Source: Patescibacteria group bacterium (GTDB taxonomy: Bacteria; Patescibacteriota; Patescibacteriia; UBA10025; JAHIVO01). From it: DNA of 64,000 bases. The notes under the pieces are model-generated. The model was not told where the DNA came from. It saw nothing but the letters and a program-made list of their open reading frames with translations, and searched no databases. Of the stretch, positions 47,662 to 57,107 are shown piece after piece. The DNA lies in NCBI GenBank assembly GCA_041649335.1, contig JBAZNF010000001.1:21285-85284 (forward strand), read 5' to 3'. The translations under genes and the position numbers were made by a program. How positions within the stretch are numbered: the stretch's first letter is position 1; every line of letters starts with the position of its first letter.

Positions 47662-48297
47662 ATGCCAAATATCAAACAAAACAACGTAGAGGATATTTTT
47701 GAAGGAACCGATGCAGCCGCGGGTAAAAAGATTGCCAAAAATAGTTCTTCCCGCCGCAGCAAAGACGTACCGCGGGCCATGCCCGCACCTCTCCGACCAA
47801 TAGCTGTCACCCCGCCAGCGCCCTCGTCTGTACCGTCAGGGGAACCGAACAACCGCCGGTTCGTGGTCGCCGCCGTTTCATTGGCAGTCGTCCTGGTAGC
47901 GGCCGGCGCTTTGGCCGCCTGGCGCGGAGGCTTGTTTACCCGGACCACGACGACGGATACGACAGAAAACCATAACGCAGTGCAGGCCGTCGTGACTGAT
48001 ACCGACGGTTCAGCTGTAAACTTGAAACCAATCGACAACACAGTTGTCGACACCGACGGCGACGGCCTGGCAGATGCGGAAGAAAAAACGCAGGGGACCG
48101 ATCCGCTGAAATCCGACACTGACGGCGACGGGCTGTTTGACCGCGAAGAGGCAAAAGTGTTCAAGACCGATCCTCTGAAAAGAGATACAGACAGTGACGG
48201 GATTGATGACGGGACGGAAGTCAGGAATGGATATAATCCCGCCGGTTCCGGAAAATTGTATGATCTCACCAATGCGATCACTAATTCATCCCAATAA
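47662..48297 (+). CDS. Membrane-anchored protein with thrombospondin-type-3-like Ca-binding repeats (DTDGDGLxDxEE x3)
   Basis: One TM (FVVAAVSLAVVLVAAGALAAW) followed by TSP3-like aspartate repeats. Confidence 0.7.
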   Translation: MPNIKQNNVEDIFEGTDAAAGKKIAKNSSSRRSKDVPRAMPAPLRPIAVTPPAPSSVPSGEPNNRRFVVAAVSLAVVLVAAGALAAWRGGLFTRTTTTDTTENHNAVQAVVTDTDGSAVNLKPIDNTVVDTDGDGLADAEEKTQGTDPLKSDTDGDGLFDREEAKVFKTDPLKRDTDSDGIDDGTEVRNGYNPAGSGKLYDLTNAITNSSQ

Positions 48298-48309
48298 TTT
48301 ATTGTATCT

Positions 48310-49425
48310 ATGCCAATCAGCCCGCCACCGCCCCCTAACACAAATGAAGATTTACACAAGCCGATCAAGGTGTACACCATGCCGGAGAAGTTCCATGTCG
48401 ATGACCACGGTTCTTCAGGCGGCGGATCAAAACTGATGATCTGGCTTATTGTCATTTTAGCGGTGGTCTTGCTCGGCGTGGCCGGCTTCCTGGCCTATAA
48501 GAAGTTCATGCCATCGACCAATACGACTGAGAATACGAATGAAATAAATGCCAATGTGGCTGTGAACGAGAATATGAACGGAAATGCGAACAAGAATACG
48601 AATTCAGCGGTTAATACAAATTTGAATATCAACGTTAATTCCTCAATTAATACGAACACCGCAGGGAATCAGAACATCTTCCCGAATTTTAACGTCAATA
48701 ACACGAATACGGCATTCAATGCAAATATTACCCCAGTCGTCTCGAGCCAGGACAGCGACAGTGACGGGCTGACTGACGTTGAGGAGACACTGTTTAGCGC
48801 CAACCCGATAAAGGCTGATACGGACGGGGACAGCTATGCCGATGGCCAGGAAGTGGTCGGCGGATATAATCCGACCGGGACGGGATCTATCGAAAGCAGC
48901 AGTGCCCTACGGACATACTATGATCCTTCATATTTCTATTCAATCCTGTATCCGGCCAGCTGGGCGTCATCAGATGACCCCCAAAATACGCGAGGCAAGA
49001 TGTTCACAACCAGTGGAGAATTTGTCGAAGCCAGCGTGCAGGAGAATCCCGCCAACCTGTCTGCACGTGACTGGTATCTGACCCAATCTCCCGGTGTCAA
49101 TTCTTCCCAGATTTCCAGCATCACCAATTGGGACAAGACCTTGTCAGGCGTATTGAGCGTGGACGGTCTAACCGCGTATTTTGTCAGCGGGCAGAAAGTG
49201 TACATCATTAATTATAACCTCAACATATTGACCCAGGCGAATTACAAGTCAACTTTTCAGATGATGTACCGGAGTTTTAAGGTGGGCGTAGTGCCGGTCA
49301 CTACCAATACGAATGCAAATGTCAACGTAAATACGAATACGGTAAATAAAAATTCAAACTCCAATACCAACACCAATACCGCAAACACAAATAGTAATTT
49401 AAATTCCGCAACTAATCGCCTCTGA
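48310..49425 (+). CDS. Membrane-anchored Asn-rich protein with TSP3-like repeats and a C-terminal globular domain (paralog of 47662)
   Basis: TM (LMIWLIVILAVVLLGVAGFLAY), N/T-rich low complexity, the repeats DSDSDGLTDVEE and DTDGDSYADGQE. Its stop overlaps the ybeY ATG by 1 nt. Confidence 0.7.
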   Translation: MPISPPPPPNTNEDLHKPIKVYTMPEKFHVDDHGSSGGGSKLMIWLIVILAVVLLGVAGFLAYKKFMPSTNTTENTNEINANVAVNENMNGNANKNTNSAVNTNLNINVNSSINTNTAGNQNIFPNFNVNNTNTAFNANITPVVSSQDSDSDGLTDVEETLFSANPIKADTDGDSYADGQEVVGGYNPTGTGSIESSSALRTYYDPSYFYSILYPASWASSDDPQNTRGKMFTTSGEFVEASVQENPANLSARDWYLTQSPGVNSSQISSITNWDKTLSGVLSVDGLTAYFVSGQKVYIINYNLNILTQANYKSTFQMMYRSFKVGVVPVTTNTNANVNVNTNTVNKNSNSNTNTNTANTNSNLNSATNRL

Positions 49426-49871
49426 TGTGGGTATCGGTTAACCAGGTCGTCCCGGTCGGCGTTCGTGTCCAGACTGTCAAGCGCGTGCTGGCAGCGGCTG
49501 CCCGAGTCATGCCTCGGTATGCGTATTCTGAAATTTCTGTCGCTTTCGTCACTGACGCAGTCAGTCGTCGCCTCAACCGCCAGTACCGTCGGATTGACCA
49601 TCCGACCGACGTCCTGTCTTTTTCCGAGCGTGATAGCCGTATACGGATGAGCCGGCAGCCGGGGTATCTCGGTGAAATAATCATCGCTATGCCCCATACT
49701 GCGCGGCAGGCCAGACGCCTTGGGCACACGTTGCGTCATGAAATCACCATATTATTAATCCATGGTTTTTTGCACTTGGTCGGATACGACCATTCGCGGC
49801 GCGCCGACGCACAGCGGATGATCAGGCTGGAACAGCGCATCTTCCGGCAGATTCAGAGTCCTGAACACTAA
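49425..49871 (+). CDS. ybeY: rRNA maturation endoribonuclease YbeY
   Basis: Zinc motif HGFLHLVGYDH. Confidence 0.9.
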   Translation: MWVSVNQVVPVGVRVQTVKRVLAAAARVMPRYAYSEISVAFVTDAVSRRLNRQYRRIDHPTDVLSFSERDSRIRMSRQPGYLGEIIIAMPHTARQARRLGHTLRHEITILLIHGFLHLVGYDHSRRADAQRMIRLEQRIFRQIQSPEH

Positions 49872-49888
49872 TACTGGTCAAGATATTT

Positions 49889-50257
49889 ATGCCACTTATT
49901 GATTTTGCCAAGCTGGTAAAGAGTTTCCGGTATGCTGGCCGGGGATTTTGGTATACCATAAAAAATGAACAGAATATCCGATTGCATCTGCTGATCAGCC
50001 TGGTGGTCATTATCCTTATGGTATATTTCGAAGTTGCGCTCTGGCAGGTCGTCACACTGCTCATGGTCATGATGTTTGTCCTGGTTCTGGAGTTGATTAA
50101 TACCATTTTTGAAAAAGTGTCAGATATCCTCAGGCCGCGGATACATATGTATGTGGAGGTTATAAAGGATGTCATGGCCGCCGCGGTGCTGGTGGCGTCA
50201 ATCGGGGCGGTTGTGATTGGTATTCTTATTTTTATCCCGTATTTTGTTTCTGGTTAG
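49889..50257 (+). CDS. dgkA: Diacylglycerol/undecaprenol kinase family (DgkA)
   Basis: Three-TM DgkA fold with conserved E...N...E residues. Confidence 0.8.
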   Translation: MPLIDFAKLVKSFRYAGRGFWYTIKNEQNIRLHLLISLVVIILMVYFEVALWQVVTLLMVMMFVLVLELINTIFEKVSDILRPRIHMYVEVIKDVMAAAVLVASIGAVVIGILIFIPYFVSG

Positions 50258-50417
50258 AGCGCTAAGATAAGCCAAATAATTCTTTTATTACCAGTCCAAG
50301 CCGCCTATTTTGCAAATTACCATTAAATACTTTATAATAGGAGTAATATAAGGCGTGTTTGTTCGGAGCTACCAGGACGATAAACACGGCACCAAGCGTA
50401 AGTTCGAAAATAACATT

Positions 50418-51671
50418 ATGGCAAAAGAAGAAATCATTACCGGTCTTGATATCGGCTCAACTACTATTCGGATAGTGGTTGGTCAACTGAATCCGCATGA
50501 TAATAAAATTCATGTTTTAGGTGCCGCTGAACATCCGGCAGAGGGAGTCAGTAAAGGTACGATTACTAGCATTGAAGATGCCGTTTCTTCGATTTCGGCC
50601 ACGTTAGAGAAGGTGGAGCGCATGACGGGCATTCCGGTCGAGCATGTATATGTAGGCATCAATGGGAGCCACATCACCGCCCAGGAAAGCCATGGGGTGA
50701 TAGCGGTTTCGAAATCAGACGGAGAAATCCGCGAGGAGGACATTGAACGCGTTATTGAAGCCGCGCAGGCAGTGGCGACCCCTCCGAATTATGAAATTCT
50801 GCATGTGATACCGCGCAGCTTTACTGTTGACAACCAGAAAGGCATCAAGGATCCGGTCGGCATGACTGGCATCAGACTAGAGGTTGATGCTCAGATTATC
50901 CAGGGGTTGTCATCGCAGGTAAAAAATATCACCAAATGCATTTATCGGACCGGTATTGACATCAATGACCTCGTGCTTGGCGTTTTGGCATCAGCAGAGT
51001 CCGTCTTAACGAAAAAACAGCGCGACCTGGGCGTTGCCCTTTTGAATATCGGCGGGTCGACAACTAGCCTGTTGGTGTTTGAAGAGGGGGATGTTCTGCA
51101 TACGGCGATCCTGCCGGTCGGTTCGAGCCATATCACAAACGATATCGCCATCGGGTTACGGACGTCCATTGATTTGGCTGAGAAGATAAAAATAGAATAC
51201 GGATCGGCGCTGCCCGAAGAGATCAACAAGCGCGAAGAGATTAATCTGGCAGAAATTGATACACGTGAAGAAGGCGTCGTGTCACGGAGGCATGTGGCAG
51301 AGATCATCGAAGCACGAAGTGAGGAGATTTTTAAAATGGCTGACAAGGAATTACAGAAGATCGATCGAGCCGGTTTGCTTCCAGCAGGCGTCGTCATTAC
51401 CGGCGGTGGCGCAAAACTCGAAGGGCTGATCGATGTGGCCAAGCGAGAATTCAAGTTGCCTGCTTCACTCGGCTTCCCGCTTGATTTGGCGTCGACAGCC
51501 GTGGACAAGGTCAATGACGTGAATTACTCAACCGCTGTCGGGCTGCTGTACTGGGGCGCTGGTTTGTCGGAAAAGTCAGGCGCCGGCCGGTCATTCAAAA
51601 TGCCGAATTTTTCTTCCGCAAAAGAGGTTACCTCAAAAATGAAGCAATGGTTTAAATCGCTGATACCATAA
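50418..51671 (+). CDS. ftsA: Cell division protein FtsA
   Basis: Actin-like motifs (GLDIGSTTIRIVVG). An alternative GTG start at 50355 is possible. Confidence 0.9.
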   Translation: MAKEEIITGLDIGSTTIRIVVGQLNPHDNKIHVLGAAEHPAEGVSKGTITSIEDAVSSISATLEKVERMTGIPVEHVYVGINGSHITAQESHGVIAVSKSDGEIREEDIERVIEAAQAVATPPNYEILHVIPRSFTVDNQKGIKDPVGMTGIRLEVDAQIIQGLSSQVKNITKCIYRTGIDINDLVLGVLASAESVLTKKQRDLGVALLNIGGSTTSLLVFEEGDVLHTAILPVGSSHITNDIAIGLRTSIDLAEKIKIEYGSALPEEINKREEINLAEIDTREEGVVSRRHVAEIIEARSEEIFKMADKELQKIDRAGLLPAGVVITGGGAKLEGLIDVAKREFKLPASLGFPLDLASTAVDKVNDVNYSTAVGLLYWGAGLSEKSGAGRSFKMPNFSSAKEVTSKMKQWFKSLIP

Positions 51672-51690
51672 AAGACGGAGGGACTATTTA

Positions 51691-52893
51691 ATGAAAAATT
51701 ACAATTCAAATCGGAATACTATGGAAATAAAACCTGACATTGAGACATTTGCGAAGATAAAAGTCGTCGGGGTCGGCGGGTCTGGCGGGGCAGCTATAGA
51801 CCGCATGATAAGTACGAAAATCCGCGGGGTTGAATTCATCGCGATCAATACTGACGCCCAGGCGCTGCACCATTCCAAGGCGCCACATAAGCTTCATATC
51901 GGCAAGACGACGACGAGGGGGCTGGGCGCTGGCATGGACGCAGAAATAGGGCGTAAGGCTGCTGAGGAGAACCAGGATGAGATTCATGACCTCCTGAAAG
52001 GCTCTGACATGATTTTTATCACCTGTGGCATGGGCGGAGGCACTGGTACCGGCGCTTCCCCGCTGATTGCCGATATCGCAAAAGATGTCGGGGCGTTGAC
52101 CGTCGCTGTCGTCACCAAGCCTTTTTCTTTCGAGGGAGCCCAGCGCAAGAGTATTGCAGATTCCGGTTTAGCCGAGTTAACGGAAAAAGTAGATACGATC
52201 ATTACCATACCCAATGACCGCATTTTACAGATTATTGATAAAAAAACGTCTTTATTGGATGCATTCCAGACGGTGGATGAGATATTGCGCCAGGGCGTGC
52301 AGGGCATATCGGATCTCATCACTGTTCCCGGCCTGATCAATGTGGATTTTGCCGATGTGCGTTCGATTATGGAAAGTGCCGGATCCGCGCTGATGGGCAT
52401 CGGCCAGGGGTCAGGGGAGAACCGGGCTATTGATGCGGCAAAAGCGGCTGTTGACAGTCCGCTGCTTGAATTGTCCATTGAAGGGGCAAAGGGCATTCTC
52501 TTTACGGTAACCGGCGGTCCTGATCTCGGTATGTACGAAGTCAATGAAGCTGCACGGATTATTACGTCGTCCGCGGATCCAAACGCCCGAGTCATTTTTG
52601 GAGCCGTCATTGATGACAGCATGAAGGAACAGATGAAAATTACCGTCATCGCCACTGGATTCGGGGGCAAGCAAAAGTCCCTGAAAAAGATAAAGCCGAT
52701 GGGATTCGGAGGTATGGTGGAGCGTGAGGAGCCGAAAACATTTTTTTCCGCCAGTAAAATAAAATCAACGCCGCCAGAACCTAAACCAAGCTATACGCCG
52801 CCCCCGGCTACCCCGGCACCGAAGAAGGAGCCGGTCAAGTCAGATGAGGAAGACCTGGAAATCCCGGCCTTCATCCGCAAGAAGATGATGTAG
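51691..52893 (+). CDS. ftsZ: Cell division GTPase FtsZ
   Basis: Tubulin signature GGGTGTG. Confidence 0.97.
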   Translation: MKNYNSNRNTMEIKPDIETFAKIKVVGVGGSGGAAIDRMISTKIRGVEFIAINTDAQALHHSKAPHKLHIGKTTTRGLGAGMDAEIGRKAAEENQDEIHDLLKGSDMIFITCGMGGGTGTGASPLIADIAKDVGALTVAVVTKPFSFEGAQRKSIADSGLAELTEKVDTIITIPNDRILQIIDKKTSLLDAFQTVDEILRQGVQGISDLITVPGLINVDFADVRSIMESAGSALMGIGQGSGENRAIDAAKAAVDSPLLELSIEGAKGILFTVTGGPDLGMYEVNEAARIITSSADPNARVIFGAVIDDSMKEQMKITVIATGFGGKQKSLKKIKPMGFGGMVEREEPKTFFSASKIKSTPPEPKPSYTPPPATPAPKKEPVKSDEEDLEIPAFIRKKMM

Positions 52894-53041
52894 GCGGCGG
52901 ATCGTATTTACCCTGAGAAATTGCCAGTTAATAACCAAAATCGTCAGCTGTGGCCTGCTTTGTGCTGCTAATTGTTTGCTGTCGGCAGATTCCGATACCA
53001 TTTGTCCGGCAGTCCCGGTAGCAGTGGAAAATTTTTATCAG

Positions 53042-53050
53042 TTATCCACA
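53042..53050 (+). promoter_or_regulatory. Perfect DnaA-box 9-mer (TTATCCACA) upstream of the nrdR-nrdJ promoter
   Basis: Exact match to the consensus. A second exact copy lies at 62920-62928, and both are followed by G(T/C)G. Confidence 0.35.
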
Positions 53051-53080
53051 GTGAATTTGATTTTTTGCTAATGTATGTTA

Positions 53081-53109
53081 TTGACCGTTACTATATATAG
53101 TAGTATAAT
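53081..53109 (+). promoter_or_regulatory. nrdR-nrdJ promoter (TTGACC-17-TATAAT) with an NrdR box in the spacer
   Basis: The spacer contains TTACTATATATAGTAG. Its core, ACTATATATAGT, is a perfect palindrome matching the NrdR-box consensus acaCtAtATaTaGtgt. Confidence 0.6.
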
Positions 53110-53138
53110 GATTAGTAGACGTACTAGATGTTGATATT

Positions 53139-53615
53139 ATGAAATGCCCGGCTTGCCATCATACGGACACGAAGGTCAGTGATTCCCGCTTAGTTTATGA
53201 CGGGATGGCCATCCGCCGCCGCCGCCAGTGCTTGAAATGCAATTTTCGGTTTTCCACATATGAAGAGGTCGAAATACTCAATGTAACTGTTATTAAACGG
53301 GACGGCCGGCGTGAACCGTACTCAAAGGACAAGCTGGAGTCGGGGCTGAAAAAATCATTTGAAAAAAGGCCGATCACCCAGGACGAGTTTAAGCGGCTGG
53401 TGAGCCTAGTCGAGCGTGACATCCAGATGCTCGGCCATGAAGAGATAAAAACCAGCCAGATTGGCGAGATCGTGATGAAGCACCTGAAAAAAAGAGACGA
53501 GGTCGCTTACATCCGTTTTGCATCGGTCTATCGGTCATTCAGGGATGCCAAAACATTCCAACATGAGCTCCGCAAGCTGCTGACGCCCCGGAGCATGAAA
53601 AAAAATAAACATTAA
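53139..53615 (+). CDS. nrdR: Transcriptional repressor NrdR (Zn ribbon + ATP cone)
   Basis: MKCPACHHTDTKVSDSR...CLKC. Confidence 0.95.
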   Translation: MKCPACHHTDTKVSDSRLVYDGMAIRRRRQCLKCNFRFSTYEEVEILNVTVIKRDGRREPYSKDKLESGLKKSFEKRPITQDEFKRLVSLVERDIQMLGHEEIKTSQIGEIVMKHLKKRDEVAYIRFASVYRSFRDAKTFQHELRKLLTPRSMKKNKH

Positions 53616-53628
53616 GGTACTTATACGT

Positions 53629-55926
53629 ATGGTAAAGATCACCAAAATCCGTAAACGATCGGGAGTTGTCGTGGATTTCGACCTGTCAAAGATCTCCAAT
53701 GCAATTTATAAGGCATCGGTATCGGTCCAGAAGGACGATCAGAAATTAGCCGAGAAGCTGGGGAAAAAAGTAGCCGGCATCCTCGAGAAAAAATATGACA
53801 GTACTACTATTCCGACTGTGGAACAGATCCAGGACATTGTCGAGGAGGTCCTGATTAAGGAGAAGCAGATTCAGCTGGCCAAAGCCTATATCCTGTACCG
53901 TAAAGAGCACCAGAAAATTCGTGCCGCGAAGGGGATGTATCTGGGCTTGGCGGAACTGGATACGAATCTGACTGTCAACGCATTGCGGGTCTTGTCAAAG
54001 CGGTACTTGCGGAAGAATCCGAACGGCAAAGTGATCGAGACGCCGCCGCAAATGTTCCGTCGCGTGGCGGCCAATATTGCGCAGGCAGATACCCGGTACG
54101 ATACACTGTTGACCCAGAAGGTGGATGTGGAAAAAACTGAAGAGGAATTTTACCAGGTGCTGTCCCGTTTAGAATTTGTCCCTAATTCTCCCACACTGAT
54201 GAATGCCGGCAAGGAATTGCAGCAGCTGGCCGCCTGTTTTGTGTTGCCGGTCGGGGATTCGATGGAGGAAATTTTTGACGCGGTCAAATGGACCGCCCTG
54301 GTGCATAAGACCGGGGGCGGGACCGGTTTTTCGTTTAGCCGTCTCCGTCCGAAAAATGACCGGGTCATGTCTACTAAAGGAGTGGCTTCTGGCCCCGTGT
54401 CCTTTATGACCGTATTTGACGCCGCCACGGAAACCATCAAGCAGGGCGGGACGCGGCGCGGCGCAAATATGGGCATCTTGCGCGTTGATCATCCGGATAT
54501 TTTGGAATTTATTACCGCCAAAGAGAATAATGACCGGCTGAATAATTTCAATATTTCCGTCGCGGTGACGGAAGAATTCATGAAAGCGGTGGAACAGAAC
54601 ACTGATTATGACCTGATCAATCCCAAGGACAAAACGAGCATTGACCGCCTGAATGCGCGGAAAGTTTTTGACCTGATCGTAACGTTGGCCTGGAAAAACG
54701 GTGATCCGGGCATCGTGTTTATTGACCGCATCAACCGGGACAACCCGACCCCGCATGTCGCCGAGATGGAAGCGACGAACCCGTGCGGCGAACAGCCGTT
54801 ATTACCGTTTGAAGCATGCAATCTCGGATCACTAAATCTGTCGAGAATGGTTAAGGGGGATTTTTTCCTCGGCGAAGAGGTTACCCTTGATTGGGACAAG
54901 CTGAGACAGACGATACGGACATCCATCCATTTCCTTGATAACGTCATTGATATGAGCCATTATCCGTTGCCGCAGATTACCGATATGGTCCATAACAACC
55001 GTAAGATCGGTTTGGGCCTGATGGGATGGGCGGACCTGCTGATCATGCTCGGCATCCCGTATGATAGCCAGGAGGCTGTGGATTTGGGTGAGAAAGTGAT
55101 GGGATTCATTGCGGCAGAATCAAAGATAATGTCGCAGGACCTGGCCCGTGACCGTGGGCAGTTCCCTAACTTTGAAGGCAGTGTTTATGACAAGCCAGGC
55201 GCCCCGAAGATGCGCAATGCCACCACCAATACGATTGCCCCAACCGGAACTATCAGCATCATCGCCGGATGCTCATCCGGCATCGAGCCGTTATTTGCCA
55301 TATCATATGTCCGTAATGTCATGGATGATAATGAACTGATAGAGGTGAATCCGTTATTCGAATTGATCGCCAGACGAGAGGGTTTTTACAGCGAAGAACT
55401 GATGAAGAAGATCGCCGAACATGGCGGCGTACAGGGCATGGATGAGGTGCCGGCCAAATGGCAGAGACTGTTTGTGGTTTCGCATGACATCATCCCGGAG
55501 TGGCACCTGAAGATGCAGGCCGTGTACCAGAAACATACCGACAATGCCGTGTCCAAGACCGTTAATTTCCCCAATGACGCAAAGGTTGAGGATGTCGAGG
55601 AAGTGTATATGCTTGCTTACCGCCAGGGGTGTAAAGGGGTGACGATTTACCGTGACCGTTCGCGGGACGTACAGGTGCTCAATATCGGTTCCGTTAAGCA
55701 TAAGGAGCTGAAGAAATCATTCAGCTATAATTATGACGATTTACGAAGCGGGGCATCGGTACCGACAGTCAAGACGGCGAGCGAACCGGAAAAAGTGCCG
55801 GTTGCCAGCGCTGTCCAGCGCAGCCACATTATTGAAGTGTGCCCGGAATGCAAGACGAACATGGAAATCAAGGAAGGGTGTTCGGTCTGCCCGAAATGTG
55901 GATTTTCGGCATGCAGTCTTGGATAA
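53629..55926 (+). CDS. nrdJ: Class II (adenosylcobalamin-dependent) ribonucleotide reductase with N-terminal ATP cone
   Basis: ATP cone (MVKITKIRKRSGVVVDFDLSKISNAIYKA), catalytic core NPCGEQPLLPFEACNLGSLNL, C-terminal CxxC...CxxC. Confidence 0.88.
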   Translation: MVKITKIRKRSGVVVDFDLSKISNAIYKASVSVQKDDQKLAEKLGKKVAGILEKKYDSTTIPTVEQIQDIVEEVLIKEKQIQLAKAYILYRKEHQKIRAAKGMYLGLAELDTNLTVNALRVLSKRYLRKNPNGKVIETPPQMFRRVAANIAQADTRYDTLLTQKVDVEKTEEEFYQVLSRLEFVPNSPTLMNAGKELQQLAACFVLPVGDSMEEIFDAVKWTALVHKTGGGTGFSFSRLRPKNDRVMSTKGVASGPVSFMTVFDAATETIKQGGTRRGANMGILRVDHPDILEFITAKENNDRLNNFNISVAVTEEFMKAVEQNTDYDLINPKDKTSIDRLNARKVFDLIVTLAWKNGDPGIVFIDRINRDNPTPHVAEMEATNPCGEQPLLPFEACNLGSLNLSRMVKGDFFLGEEVTLDWDKLRQTIRTSIHFLDNVIDMSHYPLPQITDMVHNNRKIGLGLMGWADLLIMLGIPYDSQEAVDLGEKVMGFIAAESKIMSQDLARDRGQFPNFEGSVYDKPGAPKMRNATTNTIAPTGTISIIAGCSSGIEPLFAISYVRNVMDDNELIEVNPLFELIARREGFYSEELMKKIAEHGGVQGMDEVPAKWQRLFVVSHDIIPEWHLKMQAVYQKHTDNAVSKTVNFPNDAKVEDVEEVYMLAYRQGCKGVTIYRDRSRDVQVLNIGSVKHKELKKSFSYNYDDLRSGASVPTVKTASEPEKVPVASAVQRSHIIEVCPECKTNMEIKEGCSVCPKCGFSACSLG

Positions 55927-56005
55927 TATTTCCAGCAAATATCCGCGACGCGGTATGGCCGGTGGACTCACCGCATGGCAGCAGAGGGACTATTTGGGGA
56001 CGATT

Positions 56006-56560
56006 GATTTGACTATGAAGTTTAAAAAAATAGACAGCGGTTTGGTACATATATATACCGGGGACGGCAAGGGCAAAACCACAGCAGCCCTTGGACTGGC
56101 GTTGCGGGCGATCAGCTATAAAAAACATGTGCTGATGGTCCAGTTCATAAAGGGTCCCTGGCGTTCTGGTGAGCTCGATATCGTAAAAAAATTATCCCCA
56201 TACCTGCAGATCGTAGCGCTGGGTGAAGGGTTCGTAAAAATACTGGGCGACCGGAAGCCATTCCAGGCGCATCAGCGGGCGGCCCGGAATGCACTCCGTC
56301 AGGCAGCGCTGGCAATACGGTCCGGCCAGTTCGGCATGGTGATACTGGATGAAGTTAATGTGGCCATACGGGAAAAACTGGTCACTGCCGCATCAGTAGC
56401 CCGTCTCGTGAGGGCCAAGCCGTCGGCCGTCGAACTGGTTTTGACAGGACGGCATGCACCAGCTACACTAATACAATTGGCTGATTATGTGTCGGAAATC
56501 AAGATGATCAAGCATCCCTTCACTCGGGGCATTCTAGCCCGGCCATCAATCGATTATTAA
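56006..56560 (+). CDS. cobA: ATP:cob(I)alamin (corrinoid) adenosyltransferase, CobA/CobO/BtuR type
   Basis: P-loop IYTGDGKGKTTAALGLALRA plus the family core. The start is uncertain; an earlier Met at about 55952 is also possible. Confidence 0.78.
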   Translation, partial: DLTMKFKKIDSGLVHIYTGDGKGKTTAALGLALRAISYKKHVLMVQFIKGPWRSGELDIVKKLSPYLQIVALGEGFVKILGDRKPFQAHQRAARNALRQAALAIRSGQFGMVILDEVNVAIREKLVTAASVARLVRAKPSAVELVLTGRHAPATLIQLADYVSEIKMIKHPFTRGILARPSIDY

Positions 56561-56579
56561 TTATTTACCATATAACCGT

Positions 56580-57089
56580 ATGGACAAAAACGATACCAAG
56601 ATCCATTGGTGGTTTATCAGCGCCACGTTAAGCGTGGCAGTGGTACTGGTTACCGCCTTGGCCATTTCTAGTTACAATACTGACGTCGTTATAGCCGACC
56701 AGACGACCCATATGCAGAAAGTGCAGGTGGCAGTGGGTCCCCAGGTTCCGTCCGGAAAGGTTGCCGGGGTAGAGGTGGTCCGGGCCAAAGTCATCATCCA
56801 GCGCAGCATCACCGGGAATACCGTCAGCGTTGACATGAACCTGGAAGCCGGTTCGACAGTATTTGATGCGCTTCAGGATGCTGTCGTTGCCTATGGTCTC
56901 CCGTTAGACACGAAAGATTATGGCGATCTCGGCGTGTTGGTGAACAGCATCGGTGATCTGGTCGGAGGCCAAGATGGCAAGTACTGGTCATATTATGTGA
57001 ATGGCGAGCCGGCGACCATAGCTGTCAATCAGCAGGTGGTTCAACCGGGCGATACGATAGAGTTCAAGTTTGCCGAGAGCCTGTTCTAA
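56580..57089 (+). CDS. Membrane-anchored DUF4430-like protein (family linked to cobalamin handling)
   Basis: N-terminal TM, then a beta-rich domain ending KYWSYYVNGEPATIAVNQQVVQPGDTIEFKF. The family assignment is from recall and unverified. Confidence 0.55.
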   Translation: MDKNDTKIHWWFISATLSVAVVLVTALAISSYNTDVVIADQTTHMQKVQVAVGPQVPSGKVAGVEVVRAKVIIQRSITGNTVSVDMNLEAGSTVFDALQDAVVAYGLPLDTKDYGDLGVLVNSIGDLVGGQDGKYWSYYVNGEPATIAVNQQVVQPGDTIEFKFAESLF

Positions 57090-57107
57090 TAGGTAATATT
57101 TCATTCT

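Noticed and set aside
48520-49420. AAT/AAC-rich Asn tracts resembling DGR variable repeats
   Set aside because: There is no reverse transcriptase ORF and no second near-identical template repeat that I could detect. The tracts also occur in other anchor-linker contexts, so compositional linkers are more likely.
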